From a virus (Duplodnaviria > Caudoviricetes): a DNA stretch of 64,000 nt. Below the pieces are notes generated by a model. It was not told the DNA's origin. It saw nothing but the letters and a program-made list of their open reading frames with translations, and did no database searches. Location of the stretch: the IMG/VR virus record IMGVR_UViG_3300024259_000011. The stretch is one strand, 5' to 3'. The position numbers and the translations under genes were made by a program. Positions within the stretch are counted from its first letter, which is position 1, and every line of letters begins with the position of its first letter. Shown piece after piece: positions 44,613 to 54,329 of the stretch.

Positions 44613-45946
44613 GATTTAAGTTTATTAATAACCTCTTGTAATCTACGCGCTTGGTACATAGCAGTGATCTCAGAAAGAATAGTATCAAAGCCTTCTGCCG
44701 TAACACTCTCTACCTTAATCTGATTTGCTTGTGCCCACTCTTCAACTTGTTTAATAATAACAGAGACATCTTGCTGCTGGATTCCAAGCTTATCTCTTGC
44801 TCTGGCAAGAGCGCTCTGTAGCCCTTCTCCGCCTTTGCCTCTAAAGACCTTGACGACGGGAGATCCTTCAGGTGCAGTATTCTGTACTGTAGGCTTGATC
44901 TGTTCAATACCACCTGCAGGCTCTTCTGCTCCTGCTTTTGCTGGGTCTTCTCTGGCTGGCTCTTCGCCGGCAAGCTTTGCTCGACGGGCATCAGCCGCTT
45001 TCCTGAAAGTCTTACCTTTCTTTTGTGCTGCTCGATTCGGACCATCGAACTCCCTTAAGAGATCATCAATCGTAACATCGGAGTTATAATGTTCTTGCAA
45101 CATGTTCTCAACAAGACCATACCAAACCCATCCTTGAACTTCGTCAAGGATTCCTTCGCTAACAGTTACACCTTGAGCCTTGAGTTGCTTCTCAATGTGC
45201 TTGAGTGTCGCGCCCATTACTGGACCTGACACACCGCCCTTGGCTAAGAAGCTCTGTAGCCCTTTGCCGCCCTTGCCACGATACACGAAGGCTGTACCGC
45301 CTCCTGCGTCTTCCCCGCCTCCTACGTCGTCTGGAGCCTGCTGCATGGCTTGTTCTAAGTCGTCTACCTGATCATCAACCTCGTCTTCTAGCCCGGGCTT
45401 AATCGCATCAAGGTCAACCTTGTTATCCGCCGCCTGTAGAAGATCAAGAATCTGGCGAAGGAGAGCCATGATATCGTCAGGGTTCGATTTGACTTGCGCC
45501 GTAAGCTCTTTCGCATCTGGGATTTTATCATCAATTTGATCAACCGTTTTAGCTGTCTTTTGTGCATCCGGATCGGTGAAGTTCGCTGCTTGCTTTGTAA
45601 TGTTGCTAAGCGTCTTGTGAACATTTACGATTGGCGCCGCTGCAGCTTTAAAGAAATCGCCAACACCTTTAAAGAACCCTTCTTGGAGAAGAGCAGTCGC
45701 TTCTTTTATATCTGATTCTGGCAATCCAAAAGATGCTGCGTGTTCTGCAATCCATTCGGCTGAAGGCTTTGATTGAGTGTCGCCCTCTTGCAAATTGTTC
45801 TGCCATTCTAGTGTCAGAATCTCTGCTAATAGATAAGCTGCGTAGCTTGGCCACTTTTGCTCATTGACAGTTCTGGTGAGACTGTTCTTGATATACTCTT
45901 CGTTAACGATTTGTCGAATCTTTGATTCACTGATTTTGATTTTCAT
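44609..45946 (-). CDS. Putative internal head/core protein with a duplicated RGKGG module
   Basis: MKIKISESKIRQIVNEE; two RGKGG[KE]GLQS repeats. Confidence 0.6.
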   Translation of the reverse strand: MKIKISESKIRQIVNEEYIKNSLTRTVNEQKWPSYAAYLLAEILTLEWQNNLQEGDTQSKPSAEWIAEHAASFGLPESDIKEATALLQEGFFKGVGDFFKAAAAPIVNVHKTLSNITKQAANFTDPDAQKTAKTVDQIDDKIPDAKELTAQVKSNPDDIMALLRQILDLLQAADNKVDLDAIKPGLEDEVDDQVDDLEQAMQQAPDDVGGGEDAGGGTAFVYRGKGGKGLQSFLAKGGVSGPVMGATLKHIEKQLKAQGVTVSEGILDEVQGWVWYGLVENMLQEHYNSDVTIDDLLREFDGPNRAAQKKGKTFRKAADARRAKLAGEEPAREDPAKAGAEEPAGGIEQIKPTVQNTAPEGSPVVKVFRGKGGEGLQSALARARDKLGIQQQDVSVIIKQVEEWAQANQIKVESVTAEGFDTILSEITAMYQARRLQEVINKLKS

Positions 45947-45958
45947 GGTGTTCCCCTG

Positions 45959-46324
45959 TTATGATAAAAACTTTTCTTTGCATTCTTCGTTGCTATAGCA
46001 AATATATTCTATATGGTTGCCATATGGGTCTGTAACATAAACTCCGTGCGTCCCGTCGCGATGTTCAACATATTGACCTTTCTCTTTTGGTAAATCCTCA
46101 AGACAGTCAACCAACACTGCGATGTGTGGACGGTTTGGACCGTGAGAAGACAATATCAAAGCTATACAAGTGTTTTCAAGTTGCAAACGATAATATGTGT
46201 CTTCTTTGTGTGTTACTTTTCCTCCACATGCTTCCATGTACCACTCAGCAGCTTCTTCAAGGTCATCGACAACTATTGCTATGTGGTCTATTACGGCTGT
46301 CATGTTATTTTCCTTGAACACCAA
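45959..46324 (-). CDS. VOC/glyoxalase-family protein
   Basis: IDHIAIVVDDL, HIAVLV and DPYGNHIE motifs. Confidence 0.85.
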   Translation of the reverse strand: MVFKENNMTAVIDHIAIVVDDLEEAAEWYMEACGGKVTHKEDTYYRLQLENTCIALILSSHGPNRPHIAVLVDCLEDLPKEKGQYVEHRDGTHGVYVTDPYGNHIEYICYSNEECKEKFLS

Positions 46325-46331
46325 TAAATAG
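46325..46331 (-). promoter_or_regulatory. CTATTTA motif (putative late promoter)
   Basis: Immediately upstream of the VOC gene. Confidence 0.5.
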
Positions 46332-46363
46332 TTATTAAAACGCTAAAACAACATGTTGTTTTC

Positions 46364-46675
46364 CTAAGTATTTGACCTGTCAACGGCTGAGACGATCTTA
46401 AGGCATTGTGAACTCTCCCGAGTCACTGTTTGTGTCCTAGTCCAAAAGACACTGCAATCGTTCCCGATTATAGCGCGATCATAGTTTGACAAAGCCTTGA
46501 CAACGATACCAACGCCTCCGGGCGCCCCAGAGTTCATATTGCGTTTATAGTCGTGATCGTGAGAGTATTCGCCGGGTACCCATGGGAATGTATCGCGAAA
46601 ACTGAAATAGAGTTGTCTTACAACAACTAGGTCACCTTTAATCACTAATAAGCCTGTTTTTGCCTTTTGAGACAA
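46364..46675 (-). CDS. Small KVGD-type beta-barrel protein
   Basis: KGDLVVVR...GIVVKA...SVFW...LKIVS. Confidence 0.55.
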   Translation of the reverse strand: MSQKAKTGLLVIKGDLVVVRQLYFSFRDTFPWVPGEYSHDHDYKRNMNSGAPGGVGIVVKALSNYDRAIIGNDCSVFWTRTQTVTRESSQCLKIVSAVDRSNT

Positions 46676-46964
46676 GTTTTAAAGAAGTGGCTATCATATC
46701 CTTTTCATAGACGCGATTTTCCGTTTTTGTGTTCATTGGGACGACTTTTGCCATGGCAACCTTCCGAACTTCGCGATCTTCGATAAATAACTCGCTAATA
46801 ATGCCAAAACACTTTTTTTGGCGCGTTGCGACCGGCTCAACGTCGGTTTCAAGCCAAATATCGACTTGTTCCCAAACCCACTCGGTCCATGACACCAAAT
46901 CGCCAATATTTAGCTTTTTTGCTTGTCGAGAACCAAAAACGGTCTCTTCTTTGTTAAAAGTCAT
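46638..46964 (-). CDS. Small KVGD-type beta-barrel protein
   Basis: LNIGDLVSW...GIISE...LKLVS; start at MTFNKE after ACTACTTAAT. Confidence 0.6.
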   Translation of the reverse strand: MTFNKEETVFGSRQAKKLNIGDLVSWTEWVWEQVDIWLETDVEPVATRQKKCFGIISELFIEDREVRKVAMAKVVPMNTKTENRVYEKDMIATSLKLVSKGKNRLISD

Positions 46965-46971
46965 GCTATTA

Positions 46972-47424
46972 TTAAGTAGTATAGCGATCAATAACTTTTA
47001 GAAGCGTTTCTAGCGCTTTTTCATCACTCATGCGATGATTCTTACCAACTTCGATGAGTTCGGCGCCTGTGGAGGTCGCCAGAAGCTCAGAATCGGCATA
47101 TTTTACAATTCTATCGGCTTTGGAGTGTAAAATAGTGGAATTCCCGCGACAGGAGCCCCATGGACAGTATTTTCCCCATGCAGGGGCAATAAGAACGCAC
47201 GGAACTGTCGTATTGGTCGCCATTGCGACCGCACCACCTCTTGACGAGGCAACAATGAGGTCTGGCTTCACTTTTTCGAGTATTTCGTGCGCTGCAGTGA
47301 CTGATTGACCCCAATCATGCGAAATTAGCATGGGGGCAAAGACATCATGCCCATTATTACGCAAAAACTTGCATTTTTCGGCATTTGGGCTTGACATACG
47401 ACCATGTAGGTAAACAATACGCAC
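46972..47424 (-). CDS. Alpha/beta hydrolase (YqiA-like)
   Basis: YLHG, ASSRGG nucleophile elbow, D and H of the triad (ADRIV, NHRM). Confidence 0.8.
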   Translation of the reverse strand: MRIVYLHGRMSSPNAEKCKFLRNNGHDVFAPMLISHDWGQSVTAAHEILEKVKPDLIVASSRGGAVAMATNTTVPCVLIAPAWGKYCPWGSCRGNSTILHSKADRIVKYADSELLATSTGAELIEVGKNHRMSDEKALETLLKVIDRYTT

Positions 47425-47445
47425 TACGACTCCTATTGTAAGTCT

Positions 47446-47474
47446 ATAATAGCATATATTGGTCTAAGTGTCAA
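47446..47474 (-). promoter_or_regulatory. Sigma70-type promoter
   Basis: TTGACA-N17-TATTAT with TG extension. Confidence 0.8.
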
Positions 47475-47487
47475 TAAATAAAGGGAA

Positions 47488-49626
47488 TTAGTTGTGGTGA
47501 CCCGGAACTTCAGCCATTTGTTTGTCTAAAGCATACTCTTCTTCTGATTTTGCACCCATTTTGACCAATATCGCTTTTAGATCGGCGATCTCGTCATCGA
47601 CGGAGCCCTTGACGTTGGCATCCGGTAACTCGCCACACTCTGATAGCCATCTTAGGAAGTTTTCGTGTAGATCTGCATGCTTATCCATTCCAAGCTTGCG
47701 CATTTCGCGAACAGCCTTACGCCCGGGCTCTAAAACATTCTCTTGTACACCCTCATTGAGCCATTGCCCTGCAGCAGTCTGTGAATGCTTCGATAGTGCT
47801 CCCTTTTCGGGTGTTGTATGGTACTCAATTGACTTTAATGAAGCAAGCATGTCCTTCAACAGCTTAATCATCTCCACATCTCGCTCTTCTTCGCCTGCCA
47901 TCATAGTCTTCAGGACCATTCCACGCAAATCATCAGCAGTCAGCCCGTTATCTTTGGATATCGGGGTTTCCTTCGGCGATGGCTTCCCTTTATCGCCCCA
48001 TTTGCGTTCTGTAAGTGCTTGATACTCTTTACGAATCATAGATTTAAGGATATGCATAGTAGATTCAGCTATAGCCTCTTCATCTTCCTCTTCTTCCGGC
48101 TCTTCTTCGTCCTCAGATTCTTTTTCGGCTTCAGCTTCGGCTGCAGCTTCTTTATCTGCAGCCTCGCGCTCCGCGTTAGCTACTTCTGCCTCTGCTTCGT
48201 CTTCTGCCTTCGCATCTTCCGCTTCAGTGTCGCGATCTTCTCGCTCTTCCTCTCTTTCTTCTTCTTCTTCCGATCTGGCTTCTTCATCGGAGGCTAAAGT
48301 ATCACCAAACTCTGGTGCAGTTTCTCCGAACTCTGTTTCAGCATCTCCGAACTCCGATGTTGCATCGGACATATCCTTTTGTCCGTCTGCCATACCATCC
48401 AGCGCAGCCTGTTCAGCTTCTGCCGCAGACTCCACTGCTGCTGCTGCCTTTTGTTCTTGCTCATGTGCCTTTCTTGCAACGTCAAGAGCTTTCTGCTTCT
48501 CTGCAGCGGCTGCTTCTGCCGCCTTTGATGCGTCTTGCGCAGCAGACGCAGCTTTCTCGGCAGCATCGGTTGCCTTGCCTTCTTTGTCGGCATGTTTCTC
48601 GGCAGCGTCAACAGCAGCAATCTTTAATTTGCCGGCATCTCGCCAGACCTGAGAAGCTTCCTTTCTTTCACCGGCTGCTTTGGCTGCCTCTTCCTGTGCG
48701 CCTGATAACTCTTCTCCTGCATCTCCTTGAGCGAGAGCAGCATCACCCATTTCCTTAGCAGCGTCACCCATTTCCTTAGCGGCATCGGGTGCTTCAAGGT
48801 CAGCTTCTTGTACGACCTCTCTCTTCTTGTAGATTTCTTCTTCAGGAGGTTCGCCCTCACCGAAGCCCCGCTTCTTCTTGTTCTTTGTTTCAGCAACGAG
48901 GGATTTAAACTTGGGCTTAAGTGTTGACATAAACTTTCTCTTAAGCGTTTCTTTGGCAGTGCCTGATTTCATAAAAGCAATGGTTGCAACATCTACTGCA
49001 GGCTTGAGTTCGGCTGCAGCCTTGGCGACCAGTTCATCAAAGGAGGTTTTTGCAACGATCTCTTTATTAACCAACATAGATTGTAGTTTATTCAGAACTC
49101 GTTGATCGATCTCTTCCAGAGAAGCAAACCAGTTTCCACCTGCGGAAGAATCAGATCCGGCTGATGCGTCTGTGGCTGTAGGATTTGACAATCCTTTTAC
49201 GTTCCAGCTTGGAGGACATTCTGCTTTGGCAGCACCTCCCCACATTCCACCTTGTGCGACTAGTCCGCAGACCCATGCTGCAGCCTTCACAGGATCAAAC
49301 TTAATATCACCGCGCCATGGCTTCTCTCGTATTGGCCAATCGCCAACATCGGCGCCCACTTGGCTAGCGCCGTGTTCTACCATCTTCTCGAAGGAAGGTA
49401 CGCTGGTCATCTTAGGAACCGCTTTGACAATCCACAACAAGGTCTGTCGTTCCTTGCTGCTTAGTCTCTCCCACTCACTAGTGTTGCGCTCGCGTTCCAT
49501 TTCTCTGTCCGCTTTGCGCTCCATGTCATCTAAGAAGTCAGAGCCATGACCAGATGCAAAATCTGCCATGTCAATACGCTCGGTTAATAGTTCGGCAACG
49601 GCTTGTTTGAGATCTTCAATCTTCAC
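47488..49626 (-). CDS. Large acidic Ala/Glu-rich coiled-coil protein, putative prohead core/scaffold
   Basis: MKIEDLKQAVAELLTE; heptad repeats DAAKEMG; long Glu-rich tract. Confidence 0.55.
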   Translation of the reverse strand: MKIEDLKQAVAELLTERIDMADFASGHGSDFLDDMERKADREMERERNTSEWERLSSKERQTLLWIVKAVPKMTSVPSFEKMVEHGASQVGADVGDWPIREKPWRGDIKFDPVKAAAWVCGLVAQGGMWGGAAKAECPPSWNVKGLSNPTATDASAGSDSSAGGNWFASLEEIDQRVLNKLQSMLVNKEIVAKTSFDELVAKAAAELKPAVDVATIAFMKSGTAKETLKRKFMSTLKPKFKSLVAETKNKKKRGFGEGEPPEEEIYKKREVVQEADLEAPDAAKEMGDAAKEMGDAALAQGDAGEELSGAQEEAAKAAGERKEASQVWRDAGKLKIAAVDAAEKHADKEGKATDAAEKAASAAQDASKAAEAAAAEKQKALDVARKAHEQEQKAAAAVESAAEAEQAALDGMADGQKDMSDATSEFGDAETEFGETAPEFGDTLASDEEARSEEEEEREEEREDRDTEAEDAKAEDEAEAEVANAEREAADKEAAAEAEAEKESEDEEEPEEEEDEEAIAESTMHILKSMIRKEYQALTERKWGDKGKPSPKETPISKDNGLTADDLRGMVLKTMMAGEEERDVEMIKLLKDMLASLKSIEYHTTPEKGALSKHSQTAAGQWLNEGVQENVLEPGRKAVREMRKLGMDKHADLHENFLRWLSECGELPDANVKGSVDDEIADLKAILVKMGAKSEEEYALDKQMAEVPGHHN
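48743..48780. repeat. 21-bp-period tandem repeat (DAAKEMG x2)
   Basis: TCACCCATTTCCTTAGC at 48743 and 48764. Confidence 0.8.
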
Positions 49627-50384
49627 AGTAGGTTCCCCACACTAACTCCTAGAACCTTATTAATCGCATTTCTAAGTTCTGCAAGTTCTTGTGGAGTTAT
49701 TATACCATATTCTTGTTCCATGATTAAGAGATTGTAAAGCTTATTTGCAGTGTTGCTGCGCATCCTGCTTTCGTTTATGCGTCGGCGCATGCCGGCACGC
49801 TTGGGAAACTCTTCACCGTCTTCTGGGGTTCTCATGTCTTCTTCTTCTGCTGCAGCTAACTCATCGTCAACCATCTGTTGAGCCATCGCCGAGTTCTCTC
49901 TTCCCAAATCATCTAAGTCTTGCTCAACTCGTTCTTGGTTCCACCAGTCTTCATGCTCGCGAGAAGTTTGGTCATGCAATTGCTCAAGCTCCTCCAACGA
50001 CATTTCGCTGAACCTAATCCAGCGTGGTCGTATCCCATTGATATCCTTATACATATCGGAAATGTCTTGTGATAAAGCATCAATCAACTCTTGACCTTGC
50101 AATGGTTGTCCATGCGTTTCGGCTTCAGGTTGCTCGGCGCTCAGATTTTCTGATCCTGCCATTACTTCGCGAATCATTTGTTTAAGTAAGTCTTTCATTT
50201 CATTAGTCTCTTTTTTATCAGGTAACCCTTTGTGTTTGGTGCTAGCAAAGTCTTTAGCGTCTTTGGCTTTCATTCCCCTTGCTGTGTCTTCTACCTCTTT
50301 GGAGGCACAATCTTTATAATCACTTTTCTTACAGGCATGCACCATGCCCATATAGCGTTGTTGCGATTTACTTTTTGAAGGCAT
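49623..50384 (-). CDS. DUF3008-like protein
   Basis: MPSKSKSQQRYMGMVHA...AKDFASTKHKGLP, known from T4-like marine phages. Confidence 0.75.
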   Translation of the reverse strand: MPSKSKSQQRYMGMVHACKKSDYKDCASKEVEDTARGMKAKDAKDFASTKHKGLPDKKETNEMKDLLKQMIREVMAGSENLSAEQPEAETHGQPLQGQELIDALSQDISDMYKDINGIRPRWIRFSEMSLEELEQLHDQTSREHEDWWNQERVEQDLDDLGRENSAMAQQMVDDELAAAEEEDMRTPEDGEEFPKRAGMRRRINESRMRSNTANKLYNLLIMEQEYGIITPQELAELRNAINKVLGVSVGNLL

Positions 50385-51273
50385 TCTTAACGGCGTCCTC
50401 AATACGACGTTTATAGCTTTCTTGGATCAACTTGATGCGTAGCGCCTCTCTAACAAACCCGATTGGTTGTGACTCTTCTTGTGGCGGAGCAAGACCTAAA
50501 GTCTCAGCCGCCAGCGTCAACACATCTACGGCGTCGTTATGATCAACACCTTCGAGTATCTGAACAATGTCCATAGCAAGGGACTCTACATCCTGCATGC
50601 CGACTTCCGATTCACCGGGAAGGGGCTGACCCCAGTTACCACCCGGCTCCATTTGTACGTCATCCTCGTTGAGTTTAGATTCTTGCATTTGCTTTGCCAT
50701 TCCCGGCAACTGCTTATACAACTTAACAAGTACTGCCTTCGCACCCGGAATGTTTGCTCCGTGCTGCACGATAGACATAAGCATCTGTGCGTATTCGCCT
50801 CTGTTATTAATCTTTTGAATATATTGAAGTGCCTTGGCGACATCGGACTTTTCTTTTCCGCCGCCCGCAGAATCAAGAGCGTCGGCGCCCGGACCTGCTG
50901 GGGCTTCTGCTTCTTCACCGGGCTGCTCTTCGCCGCCCATGACTTCTTTGATAACCATTCTAAGTTGGTTGATATTAATGTTTTTCATTTTCTTCTCCTG
51001 AAGATATGCATCGGCAAGATATTCTGCGCCGATAGAATATGGGTCGGAGCCTTTGAGCCATTCGTCATAGTAGTTCCAGTCGTCTGACAAATTCTTTTCG
51101 CTCCACTGTTGGTCTGTCTTCTCTTCAAGGTATGCAAGAATGGCTTCTACGAAATCTTCAAAAGATAGACCATCATCTCTCATGTTCTTGGCATGGTCGA
51201 TTGCTTGCTCGGAACGTGCCTGCTCCAGCGACTCTTTGATGAGAGCACGAAGGCTCTTCTTATTTAATGACAT
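50368..51273 (-). CDS. Acidic multi-segment protein with repeated LRxxIKE helices
   Basis: SLRALIKESLE and NQLRMVIKEV. Confidence 0.6.
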   Translation of the reverse strand: MSLNKKSLRALIKESLEQARSEQAIDHAKNMRDDGLSFEDFVEAILAYLEEKTDQQWSEKNLSDDWNYYDEWLKGSDPYSIGAEYLADAYLQEKKMKNININQLRMVIKEVMGGEEQPGEEAEAPAGPGADALDSAGGGKEKSDVAKALQYIQKINNRGEYAQMLMSIVQHGANIPGAKAVLVKLYKQLPGMAKQMQESKLNEDDVQMEPGGNWGQPLPGESEVGMQDVESLAMDIVQILEGVDHNDAVDVLTLAAETLGLAPPQEESQPIGFVREALRIKLIQESYKRRIEDAVKNAFKK

Positions 51274-51290
51274 GGTTGTGCTTCCTTACA

Positions 51291-51299
51291 TATAAATAG
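51291..51299 (-). promoter_or_regulatory. CTATTTATA motif (putative late promoter)
   Basis: Upstream of the AAGGAAG RBS and ATG 51273. Confidence 0.55.
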
Positions 51300-51385
51300 C
51301 TATGAGTTTGGATAAAAGAATAGTCATATTATAAAAATACAAACTCTGTATCAAATGTCAAAAGAATGTGACAAAGTTTAGCTAA

Positions 51386-51673
51386 TCAATGAAATCCGAG
51401 AGTATCAACGCGGTCAGCGGCGATACGAATAATATCACCATTCGCTGTTTGCGCGACCACTCGACCCTCACTATCTGCAGGGTATTCAGACACTTCATGA
51501 ATCTTTGTGCCAATCGGAACTCTAACCATACTCTTTTTTACTATATCATAAAACCATTCGGTACCACCGGGAGAAACAACCACATATGGATCCGGTGCCT
51601 TGTTCTTGATTGCGCTTAGCAGATCGTCCATCGCCCCGGATAGGCTGCTAGAAAGTTCAGATTGAATGGTCAT
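51386..51673 (-). CDS. Hypothetical protein
   Basis: 95-aa ORF with AGGGG RBS. Confidence 0.6.
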   Translation of the reverse strand: MTIQSELSSSLSGAMDDLLSAIKNKAPDPYVVVSPGGTEWFYDIVKKSMVRVPIGTKIHEVSEYPADSEGRVVAQTANGDIIRIAADRVDTLGFH

Positions 51674-51704
51674 AGTTATTTTCCCCTATAACAAATAGTC
51701 GCGA

Positions 51705-52016
51705 CTACCCAAAACTGCCCGTAGCCTTAAGGCTTATTTCGGGAGAGTTAATAAGATCTAACTCACTTTCTGCATAAATCCAATCATTCTTTCCGATGCG
51801 GACAACATACGCTGCTTCAAGCAGAAACCCGTCATCAACAGATTCTCTATAGAGCCAGTTTTCAATTATAGACTGAGACAGAGATTCCAAACGAAAAGGA
51901 TCGGCGCCACTTATAATAAGCCCGATCTTTCCATGGTTCTCGTCAGAAGGGAATGTATTGACTTGCACTAAAGAGCCAATAATGAATTCACCAGATTCAC
52001 TATCATAATAGCGCAT
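51705..52016 (-). CDS. Small KVGD-type beta-barrel protein
   Basis: FIIGSLVQV...GLII...VVRIG...ESELDLI. Confidence 0.55.
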   Translation of the reverse strand: MRYYDSESGEFIIGSLVQVNTFPSDENHGKIGLIISGADPFRLESLSQSIIENWLYRESVDDGFLLEAAYVVRIGKNDWIYAESELDLINSPEISLKATGSFG

Positions 52017-52021
52017 TCACC

Positions 52022-53077
52022 TCAGGATCCGGTATCACCAGTATCCATGGCGCCAGTACCGTACGGGTCGTCAGGATCATAGTGATAAGCAATATCCACA
52101 TGTTCGTGTGCAGAGGGGATAACAGTAAAGTACACAGTGTTGTCAGAGGACTGATAATACCAATCCCAGTTCAAAGCCCCGTCAATGAATACACGCATTG
52201 TGTCTTCGTGCGAGGGAACATATGTTAATTCAATCGATTCAAACGGCTCCACATTTGAGGTGGCATCCGTCACTCCGGGTGACCAGTCCTCAGCACAGAT
52301 ATCTACGATGACCCCACCGAAGAAGTTTGTTGCTTCCATATATCGGTCGCCAACGTCAATAGGGCTTGGCATAGATGCGCACACACTATGTGCTTGATCT
52401 ACATTATTAATACTGGATTGAAAAACACTTCCGCCGCGCTGTGAGCTAAACCAGCTTGTCCAATCTATTACGTCAATCATCTGGGTTCTGCTCTGTTCTT
52501 CTTCATCAGAGACAAAGACAACTAAAAGAGCAGCATCTGGACGCATCCATGTGCTGGCGTACGGGTTGCTAACAATGTAGTCATAGGCAGCGTCAAAGCC
52601 CTGCTCCATGCCACCACGCGCCATGGCATTATACATATCCATGGCATCATCAATATCGTCACCGGGTACCAGTGGGAATTGCGCTTCCGCTACTGCGAGC
52701 CTAGGGTCGCTGCTCATCATCGCTAATCTCCACCCGGATTCTGGTAACGCATTCATCATTGCTTCAATGCCAGCCATCAGTTCAGGATCATATCGATACA
52801 TGGATCCAGAAGTATCAATGACCCAAAGGATATCAACTCCGTCCATTGCAGCAGACTGCGTATCGGAGTCTACCCAAATCTCTCCGTACTCTGTCTCACC
52901 CGGTACTTCGACTTCAATATAAACAGGGACTTCAACAAACACAGTATCACCGGGCACCTCCTCGTAAACAATGATGGGTTCCCCATCACCTTCGGCATGG
53001 ACGACATAATCGATCCCACCGGTGCATCCAGTCACCGCAGTCGCAACTGCGAGAACTAAAAGAAACAATTTTTTCAT
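52022..53077 (-). CDS. VWA-domain lipoprotein of myxobacterial type
   Basis: Lipobox VTGC, MIDAS DILWVIDTSGSM, VVFVSDEEEQS, acidic DTGDTG tail. Confidence 0.75.
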   Translation of the reverse strand: MKKLFLLVLAVATAVTGCTGGIDYVVHAEGDGEPIIVYEEVPGDTVFVEVPVYIEVEVPGETEYGEIWVDSDTQSAAMDGVDILWVIDTSGSMYRYDPELMAGIEAMMNALPESGWRLAMMSSDPRLAVAEAQFPLVPGDDIDDAMDMYNAMARGGMEQGFDAAYDYIVSNPYASTWMRPDAALLVVFVSDEEEQSRTQMIDVIDWTSWFSSQRGGSVFQSSINNVDQAHSVCASMPSPIDVGDRYMEATNFFGGVIVDICAEDWSPGVTDATSNVEPFESIELTYVPSHEDTMRVFIDGALNWDWYYQSSDNTVYFTVIPSAHEHVDIAYHYDPDDPYGTGAMDTGDTGS

Positions 53078-53108
53078 AATACTAACCTCCCGTGCGTTTA
53101 AAAGTCTC

Positions 53109-53885
53109 TTATTTGGTACCTCTCCGCTTTAATTGATCTTTAATCTCTTCTTTGGTGATGCCCCATGATGGAGCAATCCAAACCATATCTTCCACTAGTT
53201 GCGGCGGAACCTGATAGCTCCATACACCTATGTCAACGGCTTTGACGACTCCGACAAACCGACCCTTGAAGTCAAACACTCCAGAGCCAGATGAGCCTGG
53301 CCAAGCGTAAGAGTGCATTACTAAGTTGCCATTCTCTTCGCTAGCGATTACGCCATCGATTGTAAGTAAATCATGATGAGAAGGAAAACCAGTATAGGTT
53401 ACTTCTTCTCCGACATATTCATCAATGTCTTTTTTCTTCGCCGGATTATATTTCATCGGCGTCCGTGAATTCATTTGTGGTACTAAGATAACAGCCATAT
53501 CAACTTTGTTGGCTGTGAGGATAGGCGTACCAAATACCATCTCTCCATTGCGACCGACAACTGAAACAACGGGTGAATCGTTAATGACGTGTGCAGCCGT
53601 AAAGACAAGGTAGTATCCATCAATCTCGAATAGGGTACCTGACCCCCTACCCATCGGCGTAACGACCTCTACGGCGGCGTGACGGACGTTTCTCCGGACC
53701 TTTGCTTGCCCCGTCAGAGCTACAGTGCTTGATCCCTCGAAAGCGTTTGCGTTAAAGGTGATCGGAGCCAGCATCTTTTCATAATTAACTCTCGACCATT
53801 CAACTTCCGCAAATCGGTGGACGCAAAGCCCAATCGCAACCAATAATAAAGTGCTAGATAACACCCATTTTAAAATCTTCCCCAT
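53109..53885 (-). CDS. Trypsin-like serine protease with N-terminal membrane anchor
   Basis: TAAHV, DMAVI and PGSSGSG catalytic triad. Confidence 0.88.
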   Translation of the reverse strand: MGKILKWVLSSTLLLVAIGLCVHRFAEVEWSRVNYEKMLAPITFNANAFEGSSTVALTGQAKVRRNVRHAAVEVVTPMGRGSGTLFEIDGYYLVFTAAHVINDSPVVSVVGRNGEMVFGTPILTANKVDMAVILVPQMNSRTPMKYNPAKKKDIDEYVGEEVTYTGFPSHHDLLTIDGVIASEENGNLVMHSYAWPGSSGSGVFDFKGRFVGVVKAVDIGVWSYQVPPQLVEDMVWIAPSWGITKEEIKDQLKRRGTK

Positions 53886-54041
53886 GCATAGTAACCTCCC
53901 AGTAAAACTTAAGCCCTGTTGTAACTATGAAGGAGGAAGGTCTTTCCCGGGTCGAACGTCGAAATTTTTTTATTTTCTCGCGAAAACTTTTCCCTAAAAT
54001 TTTCCTGTCTAGGGGACAGCAGAGAGTTACCGTGCAAAGGC

Positions 54042-54329
54042 TTACACCTTAGGGCACTCTTTAGGGCGCTCATAATAGGAGAAGTCGCCCTCTTCAATCG
54101 CTATCATTAAAGTGTGCTCAGGGTATTCCTTAGGGTGCCAGATACTAGAAAGCGACTTGGGTGATTCCGCAGGGAACCACATGATACGCCAAATGTATAA
54201 GGGAGAAGGGTGATACATGTCGGAAAGCATGCGATGTCTAGAAAGTAATATTCCGCGTTCGCCGGTGACCGAATCAATCACCATGTCACCAGCGCTAAAG
54301 GAGTACTTATCTACGAGTTTATCCACCAT
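54042..54329 (-). CDS. Small KVGD-type beta-barrel protein
   Basis: FSAGDMVID...GILL...WRIMW; CTATTTA motif upstream. Confidence 0.6.
   Translation of the reverse strand: MVDKLVDKYSFSAGDMVIDSVTGERGILLSRHRMLSDMYHPSPLYIWRIMWFPAESPKSLSSIWHPKEYPEHTLMIAIEEGDFSYYERPKECPKV

Noticed and set aside
51325-51375. Sigma70 promoter upstream of 51273
   Set aside because: TTGACA and TTGATA candidates give 15- or 22-bp spacing to TATAAT, outside the usual range.
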